DNA of 64,000 bases from an uncultured Pseudomonadota bacterium (GTDB lineage Bacteria; Oederibacteriota; Muellerivitia; Muellerivitales; Muellerivitaceae): NCBI GenBank assembly GCA_963843375.1, contig CAWJKT010000001.1, positions 96,001-160,000 on the forward strand, written 5' to 3'. How positions within the stretch are numbered: the stretch's first letter is position 1; each line of letters starts with the position of its first letter. The notes under the pieces are model-generated. The model was given only the letters and a program-made list of their open reading frames with translations, ran no database searches and had not been told where the DNA came from. The position numbers were made by a program, and so were the translations under genes. Shown one piece after another: positions 42,039 to 51,938 of the stretch.

Positions 42039-42407
42039 ATGGAACTTCAAGGCAAATGCAAGGCGCTTCGGATCTATATTGATGAGGACATCAAATGGCA
42101 TAACCAACTCTTGTACAGGGCCATCGTTGAAAAACTTTTAAACACCGGCCTTGCAGGAGCTACTGTATTTAAAGGTATCGAGGGATATGGATCTTCCGCC
42201 CGAATCCATTCAGCCCAAATTATTGAGATCATGGAAAATCTTCCGGTGATGATCGAAGTTGTGGACATCCCTAAGCAAATTCTAAAAGCTTTGAAAGAAG
42301 TGGAGCCCATGCTTCCCCAACATTGTTTGGTGACGGTGCAGGATATTCAGGTGGTCCATTATCATGTTCCGGTAAAAAAGCATTCCAAAACCAAGAAAAT
42401 AAGTTGA
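42039..42407 (+). CDS. DUF190 (PII-like) protein
   Basis: LRIYIDE, GLAGATVFKGIEGYG and LPVMIEVVD. Classic crcB neighbour. Confidence 0.9.
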   Translation: MELQGKCKALRIYIDEDIKWHNQLLYRAIVEKLLNTGLAGATVFKGIEGYGSSARIHSAQIIEIMENLPVMIEVVDIPKQILKALKEVEPMLPQHCLVTVQDIQVVHYHVPVKKHSKTKKIS

Positions 42408-42601
42408 ACGTGTAATGTTTTGATTTAAACATCATTGGTAAATCTATTATTTTTGCCCTTTTTAACCCTAAATTCACAAAAGTGGTATATTTGTAATAAC
42501 GATTTTAGTCATAGTGTTTTAGCCATTGGCTAAAACTTTTATAAATATTTGGACATGTTTTACCCTTTGGAAAAAAGTATTTATCTCAAAAAGGGGACAC
42601 C

Positions 42602-45600
42602 ATGAACGGGTCCTTTAAAATTTACATATCCCTTTTACGCAAAAACTTTAAAACGTTTTTTGTGCATTCGAGTTTTTTGTCTTTTTTGTGTCTTTTCTTC
42701 GTTTCTTTCACCGTTGTTCCTTCCGCACAGGCACAGTCACCCCAACTTAAAATCTCAGGTAATGAGGTCGTTAACGCCAGCAGTGGTTGTACGGTCCAAC
42801 TGAAGGGCGTGGACCTGTCCGGGTTGGAATACAGCCCCACCGGGGACACCGGAAGCGGTTATCCCACGACCGTCGTTGACGGCACGACCATGACCAATTA
42901 TGTAGCCATCATCACCGAGGCGATCAACGTATGGCACGCGAACTGTATCCGCCTTCCCATGAATCAGGATTTTTGGTTCGGTGGCTGTGGAAATTCCAAA
43001 GCCTCGGGCGAGAATCAAACGGCCTATAAAGACATGATCCAGGCCGTCGTGAATTATTGCTCCAGTAACAACGCCTATGTCGACTTGGATTTGCACTGGT
43101 CGGGCACCTCGGCCGTCACCACGGCACCTTGCGGAAGCGGATGGGGAACCGCCACCGGCCAAGAACCCATGCCGGACATGAATGCGGTGACATTTTGGTC
43201 CTCTGTGGCCTCCACTTACGCGAATAATTCAGCGGTCATGTTCGACCTTTATAACGAACCTTACGATCCAAGCGGAGACGACACCACATTTTGGGACGTC
43301 TGGCGCAATGGAGGATCCACGGGATCCGCTCCCGCCACCACGCCGGGACTCCAGGCACTGCTGACGGCGGTCCGTAACGCGGGAGCTAACAATATCGTGG
43401 TGGCGGGAGGCTTGAACTGGGCTTTTGACTTGAGGGGTGTCGTCGGCCAGGAAACAGGCAGCACCACGGCCTACGCCCTGACCGACACCGGTTCGGGTTA
43501 CGGGGTGCTTTATTCCTCCCATTGTTATTCAAGCAAAGGTTACACGGTGGGAAGCGGATGGGATCCCTATGTGACAATCGCCACTTCCACCGTACCCGTC
43601 ATCATTGAGGAATTTGGAGCCCAATCATCTGACCCCGCCGGTTGGGACAGCTCTGCCATCAGTTGGATTGAGGGAAACAACGATAAGAGTTACGTTTATG
43701 GGGGAATGGCTTGGAGTTTTACTCCCGACGACTCTCCCGACCTGTTGACGAGTTACACGGGGTTTACCACGACTTCTTATCATGGCGCCCCGGTTTCCAC
43801 TTGGTTGGCCGACCTCTATGAAACACCAACGCCTAATTGCTCAAGTGGCGGGAGTACACCAACTTTCACTTTTACACCCACTTCCACCTTCACAAAAACC
43901 AGTACGCCTAGTTTAACTAATACCCCCTCGAATACGCCTTCCTCAACAACTACATTAACCCGGACGAATAGCCCCACCCCTACTCCCAGCTACACAGCTA
44001 CCTCTACGGCCTCAAAAACGGTTACTCCCACTGTGACTAATACGACCACCTCAACCGCCACATTGACTAAAACGGCAACCGCCACTTCAACCCCAAGTTT
44101 CACGACCACGAATACCCCGGTTAGTACGGCGACTCAAACCGCGACGGCTACCGCTACTCGTACGGCTACCACAACAACCACCAATACCGCCAGCAATAGC
44201 CCGACGAATACTTCTTCATTCACGCCGACACAAACATCCACGAATACTTCCACTCACACTTCCACGGCGACCGCCACTGTTACTCCGGTCAATACCGCGA
44301 CCCAAACTGTGACAGCTACTACTACAGGAACCGCCTCCGCGACGGCCACCAATACAACCACCCGCACCCCCACCGGGACGCCCACTAATACCTTTGTCGA
44401 AACCGGGACGAATACGGCTATCAGTACCCCGACGGGCACGGCCACAAGCACGGCGACTAATACGTCAACATCCACTGCCACCAATAGCGCCACCAAGACG
44501 GCGACGAATACCACGACCCATACACCCACGAACACGTCGACTCAGACCCCTTCGAACAGCCCGACTTCCACCCCCACCGGGACGCCCACCAATACCTTTG
44601 TCGAAACCGCGACGAATACGGCTACCAGTACCCCGACGGGTACGGCCACAAGCACGGTGACTAATACGTCAACCTCCACTGCCACCAATAGCGCGACGAA
44701 AACAGTCACGAGTACTGTCACTAACACTTCAACGAATTCGGCGACCAATACCATTACCAACACAACCACGAACACGCCGACTCAGACCTCTTCAAATAGT
44801 CCGACTTCCACACCTTCCGTAACCCTCACCGGGACGCCCACCAATACCTTTGCCGAAACCGCGACGAATACGGCTACCAGTACCCCGACCGGTACGGCCA
44901 CAAGCACCTCGACTAATACGTCAACGTCCACTGTCACCAATACCGCGACAAAAACAGTCACGAATACTGTCACTAACTCATCAACGAATACGATCACTAA
45001 TACCGTCACCAACACACCCACGAACACGCCGACTCAGACCTCTTCAAATAGCCCGACTTCCACACCTTCCGTAACCCTCACCGGGACGCCCACCAATACC
45101 TTTGCCGAAACCGCGACGAAAACGGCCAGCAATACTCCCAGCAATACAGTCACATCCACTACCTCTTTCACGCCGACTTCGACGTCTTCATTGACTGCGA
45201 CTTCTACTGCCAGCTATTCACCCACTAAGACTCAGATTTACACCACAACCTCAACCACTACCTCTACCGCAACATTGACCTTGACCATTACGCCTACCTT
45301 CAGCCCCACGCCTGTGACCGTCGCGGCCTCGCAAGGGTCCAATCCGCCCGGGAATTCAACCCAAGTCCAAGGGGCTTCCGGCGTGACCATCCAACAGATT
45401 CAGATGAACAATCCCAGCGGCGGCGCGGTTACGATTACCAGTATCACGATCTTCGAGACAGGCGTTCCGCCCGCCGGGATCACTTCCCTTGATCTTTTCG
45501 CTAATGGAACGCTGATAGGCACGGCCAGCTTCAACGGGTCAACCGCCACCTTTAACTTCAACAGCGTTATTCCGGGGGACAATGGAGCGGTGACCTACGA

Positions 45601-46114
45601 GGTTACGGTGAATTTTTCTCCGGGATCATCAACGGGGAGTTATGAGTTTAGCGCGACGGGGGCGGCGGGAAGCAACGGCGAGGCCCTTCTCTTTAGCGGG
45701 ATTCCCGTGGCTGGCGCCACGGTCACTCTGGCGGCGGCCACGGCGACCGAAACGCCGACTTCAACGACGACACCTGTAGCGACCGGAACCTTTACGTCTT
45801 TGCCGACGGCGACCACCACCAAGACGGCAACCCCCTCGGCCAAACCGACGGTGGTGGTTTATCCGAACCCCGCCACGGGCGGAACGGTCCAGTTGAATCC
45901 GGATTTGACTTCTGAGTCGAACGTGAGCATCGAAATCTTCACGATCGCCTTCCGGAAAGTGAACACTTTGAATTATTCAAACATCCAACCGGGCGAAAGT
46001 GTGCCTATCCCCTTGAGTGATAGTTGGGGAACGCCCTTGGCCAGCGGGCTTTATTATGTTGTCGTGCAAACCAACCAGGGAAGAAGCGTCGTCAAACTCC
46101 TCATTCTGCATTAA
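42602..46114 (+). CDS. GH5 glycoside hydrolase + ~480-aa Thr-rich stalk + Ig-like domain + T9SS type-A-like CTD (copy 1)
   Basis: NCIRLP, DLDLHW, FDLYNEP (acid/base), HCY and IIEEFG (nucleophile). T-x-T tract at about 43850-45310. C-terminus VYPNP...IFTIAFRKV...LASGLYYV...KLLILH. Confidence 0.9.
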   Translation: MNGSFKIYISLLRKNFKTFFVHSSFLSFLCLFFVSFTVVPSAQAQSPQLKISGNEVVNASSGCTVQLKGVDLSGLEYSPTGDTGSGYPTTVVDGTTMTNYVAIITEAINVWHANCIRLPMNQDFWFGGCGNSKASGENQTAYKDMIQAVVNYCSSNNAYVDLDLHWSGTSAVTTAPCGSGWGTATGQEPMPDMNAVTFWSSVASTYANNSAVMFDLYNEPYDPSGDDTTFWDVWRNGGSTGSAPATTPGLQALLTAVRNAGANNIVVAGGLNWAFDLRGVVGQETGSTTAYALTDTGSGYGVLYSSHCYSSKGYTVGSGWDPYVTIATSTVPVIIEEFGAQSSDPAGWDSSAISWIEGNNDKSYVYGGMAWSFTPDDSPDLLTSYTGFTTTSYHGAPVSTWLADLYETPTPNCSSGGSTPTFTFTPTSTFTKTSTPSLTNTPSNTPSSTTTLTRTNSPTPTPSYTATSTASKTVTPTVTNTTTSTATLTKTATATSTPSFTTTNTPVSTATQTATATATRTATTTTTNTASNSPTNTSSFTPTQTSTNTSTHTSTATATVTPVNTATQTVTATTTGTASATATNTTTRTPTGTPTNTFVETGTNTAISTPTGTATSTATNTSTSTATNSATKTATNTTTHTPTNTSTQTPSNSPTSTPTGTPTNTFVETATNTATSTPTGTATSTVTNTSTSTATNSATKTVTSTVTNTSTNSATNTITNTTTNTPTQTSSNSPTSTPSVTLTGTPTNTFAETATNTATSTPTGTATSTSTNTSTSTVTNTATKTVTNTVTNSSTNTITNTVTNTPTNTPTQTSSNSPTSTPSVTLTGTPTNTFAETATKTASNTPSNTVTSTTSFTPTSTSSLTATSTASYSPTKTQIYTTTSTTTSTATLTLTITPTFSPTPVTVAASQGSNPPGNSTQVQGASGVTIQQIQMNNPSGGAVTITSITIFETGVPPAGITSLDLFANGTLIGTASFNGSTATFNFNSVIPGDNGAVTYEVTVNFSPGSSTGSYEFSATGAAGSNGEALLFSGIPVAGATVTLAAATATETPTSTTTPVATGTFTSLPTATTTKTATPSAKPTVVVYPNPATGGTVQLNPDLTSESNVSIEIFTIAFRKVNTLNYSNIQPGESVPIPLSDSWGTPLASGLYYVVVQTNQGRSVVKLLILH
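44371..45125 (+). repeat. Internal tandem repeat units in the Thr stalk
   Basis: CACCGGGACGCCCAC(C/T)AATACCTTTG(T/C)CGAAACC recurs at 44371, 44575, 44827 and 45079 (spacings 204, 252 and 252 bp, all in frame). Confidence 0.9.
44766..46109 (+). repeat. 1344-bp direct repeat, copy 1
   Basis: Matches 48458-49801 (offset 3692). The alternative-frame ORFs in the track are also identical. Confidence 0.95.
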
Positions 46115-46440
46115 AAATAACTTTAAAGTTTTAACCGAGAATCCAATCAAGAAGTGTTCGGCTTTCTCATTCTCATGTGGTTACCTACCTTTGCCTGCGG
46201 TAATAAAGTTCATTTAAAAATTAAACTATCTGGTTGAACGTGTTAGTTTTTTGATTTAACGGGTACTTCAAAGGACCTTTATTTTGGTCCCTTTGGGCTA
46301 TAAATATAAAAACATGATATATTTAATAAAACGATTTAATGCTTTGAAAAAGCGTTTTATCTAGCTTCGACAAAACTAATTGCGTTTTGTTGCGGATCGT
46401 TTCATTGCTTCTGAAGGCTTTAAAATTTAAAGGTGACACT

Positions 46441-49400
46441 TTGAACAAGTCTCCAAAAAAATTATCCTCCCAAACAAGAATGTTTTTGTTTGGCCCTTTC
46501 CTAAAAACGTTTCGGATGAAAACTAATTCTCCCTTTCTTTTACTTTTAATCTTTTTGTATTCCGCTTTTTTCGATTCAACCCCAGCGCAAGCCGCTCCAC
46601 CCCAATTGAAAGTTGTGGGTAACCAGATCGTCACCGCCAGCGGGGGATGCACCGTGCGATTGACCGGAGTAAATCTTGATTCTTTGGAATGGGAAGCCCA
46701 GCCGGGGGATGGTCCCAGTGGCGGCGACGGGGTTCTGACACAACTGCAGGAGGCGGTCAAATATTGGAACGTCAATTGCGTCCGCATTCCCCTGGATCAG
46801 GACTGGTGGGATGGAAACGCCCAAACTACCCCTAACAATCGGGGTTCCACCAGTCAATCGGGCTACCAAAGCTTCGTGGACTCACTTGTGGCCTTCTGCA
46901 ATACCAATAACATCTATTGCGATCTTGACCTGCAATGGTCCGGGGACGGGTCCACGGGTACAGCCACCGAGCAATATTCCATGCCCGATGAGAACAGCCT
47001 AGTCTTCTGGGCCAGTGTCGCGGCCCGTTACGCCAACAACACTTCCGTGATCTTTGACACCTTCAACGAGCCCTACCCAACTTCCTGGTCTGTCTGGTTG
47101 GATGGTGGTACGACCGCCGAGGGCTTTACCACACCGGGCTTGCAGGCAATCGTAAACAAGATTCGTGCCACCACCGCCAGCGCCAGCAGCACTCTGGCCA
47201 GCGGCACAAATGCCGAGAATGTTTGCATCGTCGGGGGCCAACAGTATTCCTATTATTACGTGGGCATGAGTCCAGTAGTGGATGTCACTGGGGGAAACGG
47301 CATCGTCTACTCGGCCCACATCTACAACAACAAAGGCACGAACACTGCCGCTGGATGGGAGTCCAATATCGAACCGGCTCTCACCTATGGACCGGTGTTT
47401 ATTGAGGAATTCGGCAACTCGGCCAATACCACCGACGGCGGCACTTTCGTGAACAGCGTGATTACCTTTATGAACGGTACCAACGACAAGAATTACATTT
47501 ATGGGGGAATGGCTTGGGACATGGATATTCAGGCGACGCCACTCCTACTTTCGGACTGGTCCTCAACTCTATCCGCACCTGTTTCCACAGGAACTACCGG
47601 CTGGGTGCTGACGTCTTACGAAGGACAATCGGTCTATGGCTGGCTGAAAGGCCTTACCTATCCCACCTGTTCCTCCAGCGGGGCTACCCCAACTTTCACC
47701 TTTACTCCAACCTCCACTTTCACAAAAACCAGCACGCCCAGTTTTACTAGTACCCCCACGAATACCTCTACCTCAACAGCTACTTTAACTCGGACGAATA
47801 GCCCCACCCCCACTCCCAGCAACACCCCCACCTCTACGGCCTCAAAAACGGTTACTCCCACTGTGACTAATACGACCACCTCAACCGCCACATTGACTAA
47901 AACGGCAACCGCCACTTCAACCCCAAGTTTCACGACCACGAATACCCCGGTTAGTACGGCGACTCAAACCGCGACGGCTACCGCTACCCGTACGGCCTCC
48001 GCAACAGCCACTAATACCCCCAGCAATAGTCCAACCAACACTTCTTCATTCACGCCGACTCAGACAGGCACAAATACTTTCACTTATACTTCTACGGGGA
48101 CCACCACGAGTACCCCGGTCAATACCTCTACTTTAACCGCAACCCGCACTTCAACCGCGACAGCCACTAACACCAGCAGCAACAGTCCAACATTTACTTT
48201 ATCCACAACGCCTAGTTCCACAGCCACGAATACCCCGGTTAATACGAGGACTCAGACTGTGACGGCTACCGCTACAGGAACGGCCACCGCGACGGTCACC
48301 AATACCGTTAGCAATAGCCCCACTAATACTTCTTCGTTAACGCCAACCGGGAGCGCTACGAACAGCCCCACCCGCACTTCCACAGAAACGGCCACCTATA
48401 CTTTGGTGAATACCGGAACCCCGACTTCGACGTCCACCAGCACTGTAACAGGATCAGCCACGAACACGCCGACTCAGACCTCTTCAAATAGTCCGACTTC
48501 CACACCTTCCGTAACCCTCACCGGGACGCCCACCAATACCTTTGCCGAAACCGCGACGAATACGGCTACCAGTACCCCGACCGGTACGGCCACAAGCACC
48601 TCGACTAATACGTCAACGTCCACTGTCACCAATACCGCGACAAAAACAGTCACGAATACTGTCACTAACTCATCAACGAATACGATCACTAATACCGTCA
48701 CCAACACACCCACGAACACGCCGACTCAGACCTCTTCAAATAGCCCGACTTCCACACCTTCCGTAACCCTCACCGGGACGCCCACCAATACCTTTGCCGA
48801 AACCGCGACGAAAACGGCCAGCAATACTCCCAGCAATACAGTCACATCCACTACCTCTTTCACGCCGACTTCGACGTCTTCATTGACTGCGACTTCTACT
48901 GCCAGCTATTCACCCACTAAGACTCAGATTTACACCACAACCTCAACCACTACCTCTACCGCAACATTGACCTTGACCATTACGCCTACCTTCAGCCCCA
49001 CGCCTGTGACCGTCGCGGCCTCGCAAGGGTCCAATCCGCCCGGGAATTCAACCCAAGTCCAAGGGGCTTCCGGCGTGACCATCCAACAGATTCAGATGAA
49101 CAATCCCAGCGGCGGCGCGGTTACGATTACCAGTATCACGATCTTCGAGACAGGCGTTCCGCCCGCCGGGATCACTTCCCTTGATCTTTTCGCTAATGGA
49201 ACGCTGATAGGCACGGCCAGCTTCAACGGGTCAACCGCCACCTTTAACTTCAACAGCGTTATTCCGGGGGACAATGGAGCGGTGACCTACGAGGTTACGG
49301 TGAATTTTTCTCCGGGATCATCAACGGGGAGTTATGAGTTTAGCGCGACGGGGGCGGCGGGAAGCAACGGCGAGGCCCTTCTCTTTAGCGGGATTCCCGT

Positions 49401-49806
49401 GGCTGGCGCCACGGTCACTCTGGCGGCGGCCACGGCGACCGAAACGCCGACTTCAACGACGACACCTGTAGCGACCGGAACCTTTACGTCTTTGCCGACG
49501 GCGACCACCACCAAGACGGCAACCCCCTCGGCCAAACCGACGGTGGTGGTTTATCCGAACCCCGCCACGGGCGGAACGGTCCAGTTGAATCCGGATTTGA
49601 CTTCTGAGTCGAACGTGAGCATCGAAATCTTCACGATCGCCTTCCGGAAAGTGAACACTTTGAATTATTCAAACATCCAACCGGGCGAAAGTGTGCCTAT
49701 CCCCTTGAGTGATAGTTGGGGAACGCCCTTGGCCAGCGGGCTTTATTATGTTGTCGTGCAAACCAACCAGGGAAGAAGCGTCGTCAAACTCCTCATTCTG
49801 CGCTGA
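46441..49806 (+). CDS. GH5 glycoside hydrolase + Thr-rich stalk + Ig-like domain + T9SS type-A-like CTD (copy 2)
   Basis: NCVRIP, FDTFNEP, HIY and FIEEFG. The TTG start at 46441 is inferred from homology of AAAGGTGACACTTTGAAC with AAAGGGGACACCATGAAC of copy 1. Confidence 0.9.
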   Translation: MNKSPKKLSSQTRMFLFGPFLKTFRMKTNSPFLLLLIFLYSAFFDSTPAQAAPPQLKVVGNQIVTASGGCTVRLTGVNLDSLEWEAQPGDGPSGGDGVLTQLQEAVKYWNVNCVRIPLDQDWWDGNAQTTPNNRGSTSQSGYQSFVDSLVAFCNTNNIYCDLDLQWSGDGSTGTATEQYSMPDENSLVFWASVAARYANNTSVIFDTFNEPYPTSWSVWLDGGTTAEGFTTPGLQAIVNKIRATTASASSTLASGTNAENVCIVGGQQYSYYYVGMSPVVDVTGGNGIVYSAHIYNNKGTNTAAGWESNIEPALTYGPVFIEEFGNSANTTDGGTFVNSVITFMNGTNDKNYIYGGMAWDMDIQATPLLLSDWSSTLSAPVSTGTTGWVLTSYEGQSVYGWLKGLTYPTCSSSGATPTFTFTPTSTFTKTSTPSFTSTPTNTSTSTATLTRTNSPTPTPSNTPTSTASKTVTPTVTNTTTSTATLTKTATATSTPSFTTTNTPVSTATQTATATATRTASATATNTPSNSPTNTSSFTPTQTGTNTFTYTSTGTTTSTPVNTSTLTATRTSTATATNTSSNSPTFTLSTTPSSTATNTPVNTRTQTVTATATGTATATVTNTVSNSPTNTSSLTPTGSATNSPTRTSTETATYTLVNTGTPTSTSTSTVTGSATNTPTQTSSNSPTSTPSVTLTGTPTNTFAETATNTATSTPTGTATSTSTNTSTSTVTNTATKTVTNTVTNSSTNTITNTVTNTPTNTPTQTSSNSPTSTPSVTLTGTPTNTFAETATKTASNTPSNTVTSTTSFTPTSTSSLTATSTASYSPTKTQIYTTTSTTTSTATLTLTITPTFSPTPVTVAASQGSNPPGNSTQVQGASGVTIQQIQMNNPSGGAVTITSITIFETGVPPAGITSLDLFANGTLIGTASFNGSTATFNFNSVIPGDNGAVTYEVTVNFSPGSSTGSYEFSATGAAGSNGEALLFSGIPVAGATVTLAAATATETPTSTTTPVATGTFTSLPTATTTKTATPSAKPTVVVYPNPATGGTVQLNPDLTSESNVSIEIFTIAFRKVNTLNYSNIQPGESVPIPLSDSWGTPLASGLYYVVVQTNQGRSVVKLLILR
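48458..49801 (+). repeat. 1344-bp direct repeat, copy 2
   Basis: Matches 44766-46109. Identity ends in the last codon (H vs R). Confidence 0.95.
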
Positions 49807-49874
49807 TTCACCAAGAAAAGACGAATCCATGCGGAGTCTTTAGGCCGAATTTGGCGGCGAATTTGTTTAGGCAG

Positions 49875-51938
49875 CTAACGATTTTGGGGTGGAGAAAGGG
49901 ATTGAAGGGCTTGAACTGCCTGGGCGTGGTTGGGATTTAAACTTAGTGTTTTTTCCCATAATTTCCTGGCATCAGCTTCATTTCCCGCCTGGTAAGCCGC
50001 CATCCCTTCATAATAATAGGCGTCCGGATCGTTAGGGTCGATTGACACGGCTTTCGCAAACCAGTTCCCGGCTTGCTTCAAATCCCCCATGGAAAAGTAA
50101 TCAATGCCAACGTTTACGGCGTACCCGGGGTTTTGGGGATCCCAGCTCTGCACCCATAAAAGATGGGAGAGACTTTTTTCATATAAGGACCGGACCTGTT
50201 GAAGCCGGGAAGAAGGGGAGAGTCTCGTCTGGATCTTCAAGGCCTGGGCTTCACCCATCCCTTGAACAGCCATCCATAAGCGCGCCATCCCATAATCCTT
50301 CAGGAAATAGTCCCATGAAACATCGTCCACCGAGTCATAGGGTTTTTGGAAATTCCTTAAGCGCATTTTATCCCACAGACGGTCGGCCCTCGCCTCGTCA
50401 AAGACGGGATTAGCAGGAGGCACAAACCCCTCTTGGGTCAATCCATTTGGAACCAGGCGAATTTCTCCCAACCCGTCCGCTTCCAAATCCGGATAAGTGA
50501 AAAAGAATCTGTGCCCGGGATTTTGATCCAACATCCATTGGAAAAGATGGCCCGAGATGTATTCCTTACCCTTCTCGTGGCGGGGATAAGGAATTTTCAA
50601 TCCGGGTTGGGTACGGGCCAAATAAATCCGATACCAATCCATCGGAAGGCTTCCGCCACCCAGGACAGCTAGATCGGGTCTTTTTTGTTCGATCATTTGA
50701 AAATACCAACAGGGAAAATCTAAGACGTCCCCCTTACAAAAGAAAAAACCTCCCACGGGGACAGAACGCCAGGCGTTCAAAACGTAATCGTAGGTATAGG
50801 TATAAAATTCCTGATTTCCCTGAACCCAGCGGGCGAGAACGAGGGCCAACACCAGGGCCCAGGCGAAATAGGGGGCGGTTTTGACAGCCTTCGGATGGCT
50901 GGGGCCAAAAAGTCGTAGGAGAAAACGGAAGCCCAGGCCTGAAAAGAGCGGAATAAAGATAAAGGAAGCGATGGAATAATTTTGCATGAGGTAAATTTTT
51001 TGGCTGGAGAATTTGGAGAACACACACACGGCCGCGAAGAGACCCGCCCAAGAAAGTAGCAACCCCGCCATATGACGACGCTCACCGCGCCATGCGGCGA
51101 AAAAACCGAAAATAACCAAAATCCCAACTCCGGAAAATTCCACCGCCGCCGAGCGCAAGTAATAAAAACCCTGCTGTGCCCACAAAAAGACGTCCCCCGT
51201 AAAATCCTTGTTCTTGTCCACGTAACGGGTCACATGGCGCAGAAAATTCTGGACATCCACTGGATGGGCCCAATTGACCAGCGGATCCAGGGATGACCTG
51301 AGAGGCAGGTAAAGATAAAGGGAAAGGCCGATGGTCAAGAAAGCTGCGCTTTTGATAAGGTCCTTGGCTGCCACTTCCCGTTTGCTCAGTTGGATCCAGA
51401 CCAGGAAGGTAAATCCACCTCCGGCCGCCAACATGCTCATCCAATGGTTACCTAGGGACAACCCGAAAAGGAAAAAAGCCAAGGACCGTCTTCCCCGAAA
51501 AAGAGCGCCTAAGACCGCTAAAAGGAAAACAGCCGTCAATTGGTATATCCCGTTTTTGGCGCTCAAGGCGGCCGGGTAAGCGGTGGCTCCGGCCATCCAA
51601 AGCAGGGCGAAAGGAAGACTTAGAGAATGCTCCATGTTGAAACGATCTTTCAGAAACCGAAACAGTAAGTAGCAGGCCAAGGCCCCCGTGAATGCCGAAA
51701 GCAGATTGACCCGAAGACAAACTGGCCCGAGGGGCAAAAGGGAAAATAGGCGGCCCAACAGCGTAAAAAGCGGATAACCAGGTGGATGGGCAATGCCCAG
51801 AGACGCCGAAACGGTGATAATTTCCGGACTGTCATCCATATAAAAGGAAGGGTTTAGGCCTACAAGGGCCAGTTCAAAAGCCAGGAGAAAAAGCAGGATT
51901 CCGGGAAAGAAGCTTTTTTCATTCAACCACTTATCCAC
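49875..51938 (-). CDS. DUF2723 / TMEM260-like GT-C membrane glycosyltransferase with C-terminal TPRs
   Basis: DDSPEI...LGIAHPPGYPLF.LLGRLF, RVNLLSA, GLSLGNH, YLYLPLRS...NW..P, GD...FPCWYFQ..E..RPD and TPR helices. Confidence 0.85.
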   Translation of the reverse strand: MDKWLNEKSFFPGILLFLLAFELALVGLNPSFYMDDSPEIITVSASLGIAHPPGYPLFTLLGRLFSLLPLGPVCLRVNLLSAFTGALACYLLFRFLKDRFNMEHSLSLPFALLWMAGATAYPAALSAKNGIYQLTAVFLLAVLGALFRGRRSLAFFLFGLSLGNHWMSMLAAGGGFTFLVWIQLSKREVAAKDLIKSAAFLTIGLSLYLYLPLRSSLDPLVNWAHPVDVQNFLRHVTRYVDKNKDFTGDVFLWAQQGFYYLRSAAVEFSGVGILVIFGFFAAWRGERRHMAGLLLSWAGLFAAVCVFSKFSSQKIYLMQNYSIASFIFIPLFSGLGFRFLLRLFGPSHPKAVKTAPYFAWALVLALVLARWVQGNQEFYTYTYDYVLNAWRSVPVGGFFFCKGDVLDFPCWYFQMIEQKRPDLAVLGGGSLPMDWYRIYLARTQPGLKIPYPRHEKGKEYISGHLFQWMLDQNPGHRFFFTYPDLEADGLGEIRLVPNGLTQEGFVPPANPVFDEARADRLWDKMRLRNFQKPYDSVDDVSWDYFLKDYGMARLWMAVQGMGEAQALKIQTRLSPSSRLQQVRSLYEKSLSHLLWVQSWDPQNPGYAVNVGIDYFSMGDLKQAGNWFAKAVSIDPNDPDAYYYEGMAAYQAGNEADARKLWEKTLSLNPNHAQAVQALQSLSPPQNR

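Noticed and set aside
44371..45125. CRISPR-like periodic repeats
   Set aside because: The repeats are in-frame coding units with similar intervening sequence rather than unique spacers, and there are no cas genes.
44766..49801. 1.3-kb direct repeats as IS elements or a diversity-generating retroelement TR/VR pair
   Set aside because: The repeat encodes the stalk, Ig domain and CTD, with no transposase or terminal inverted repeats. There are no adenine-specific mismatches and no reverse transcriptase in the window.
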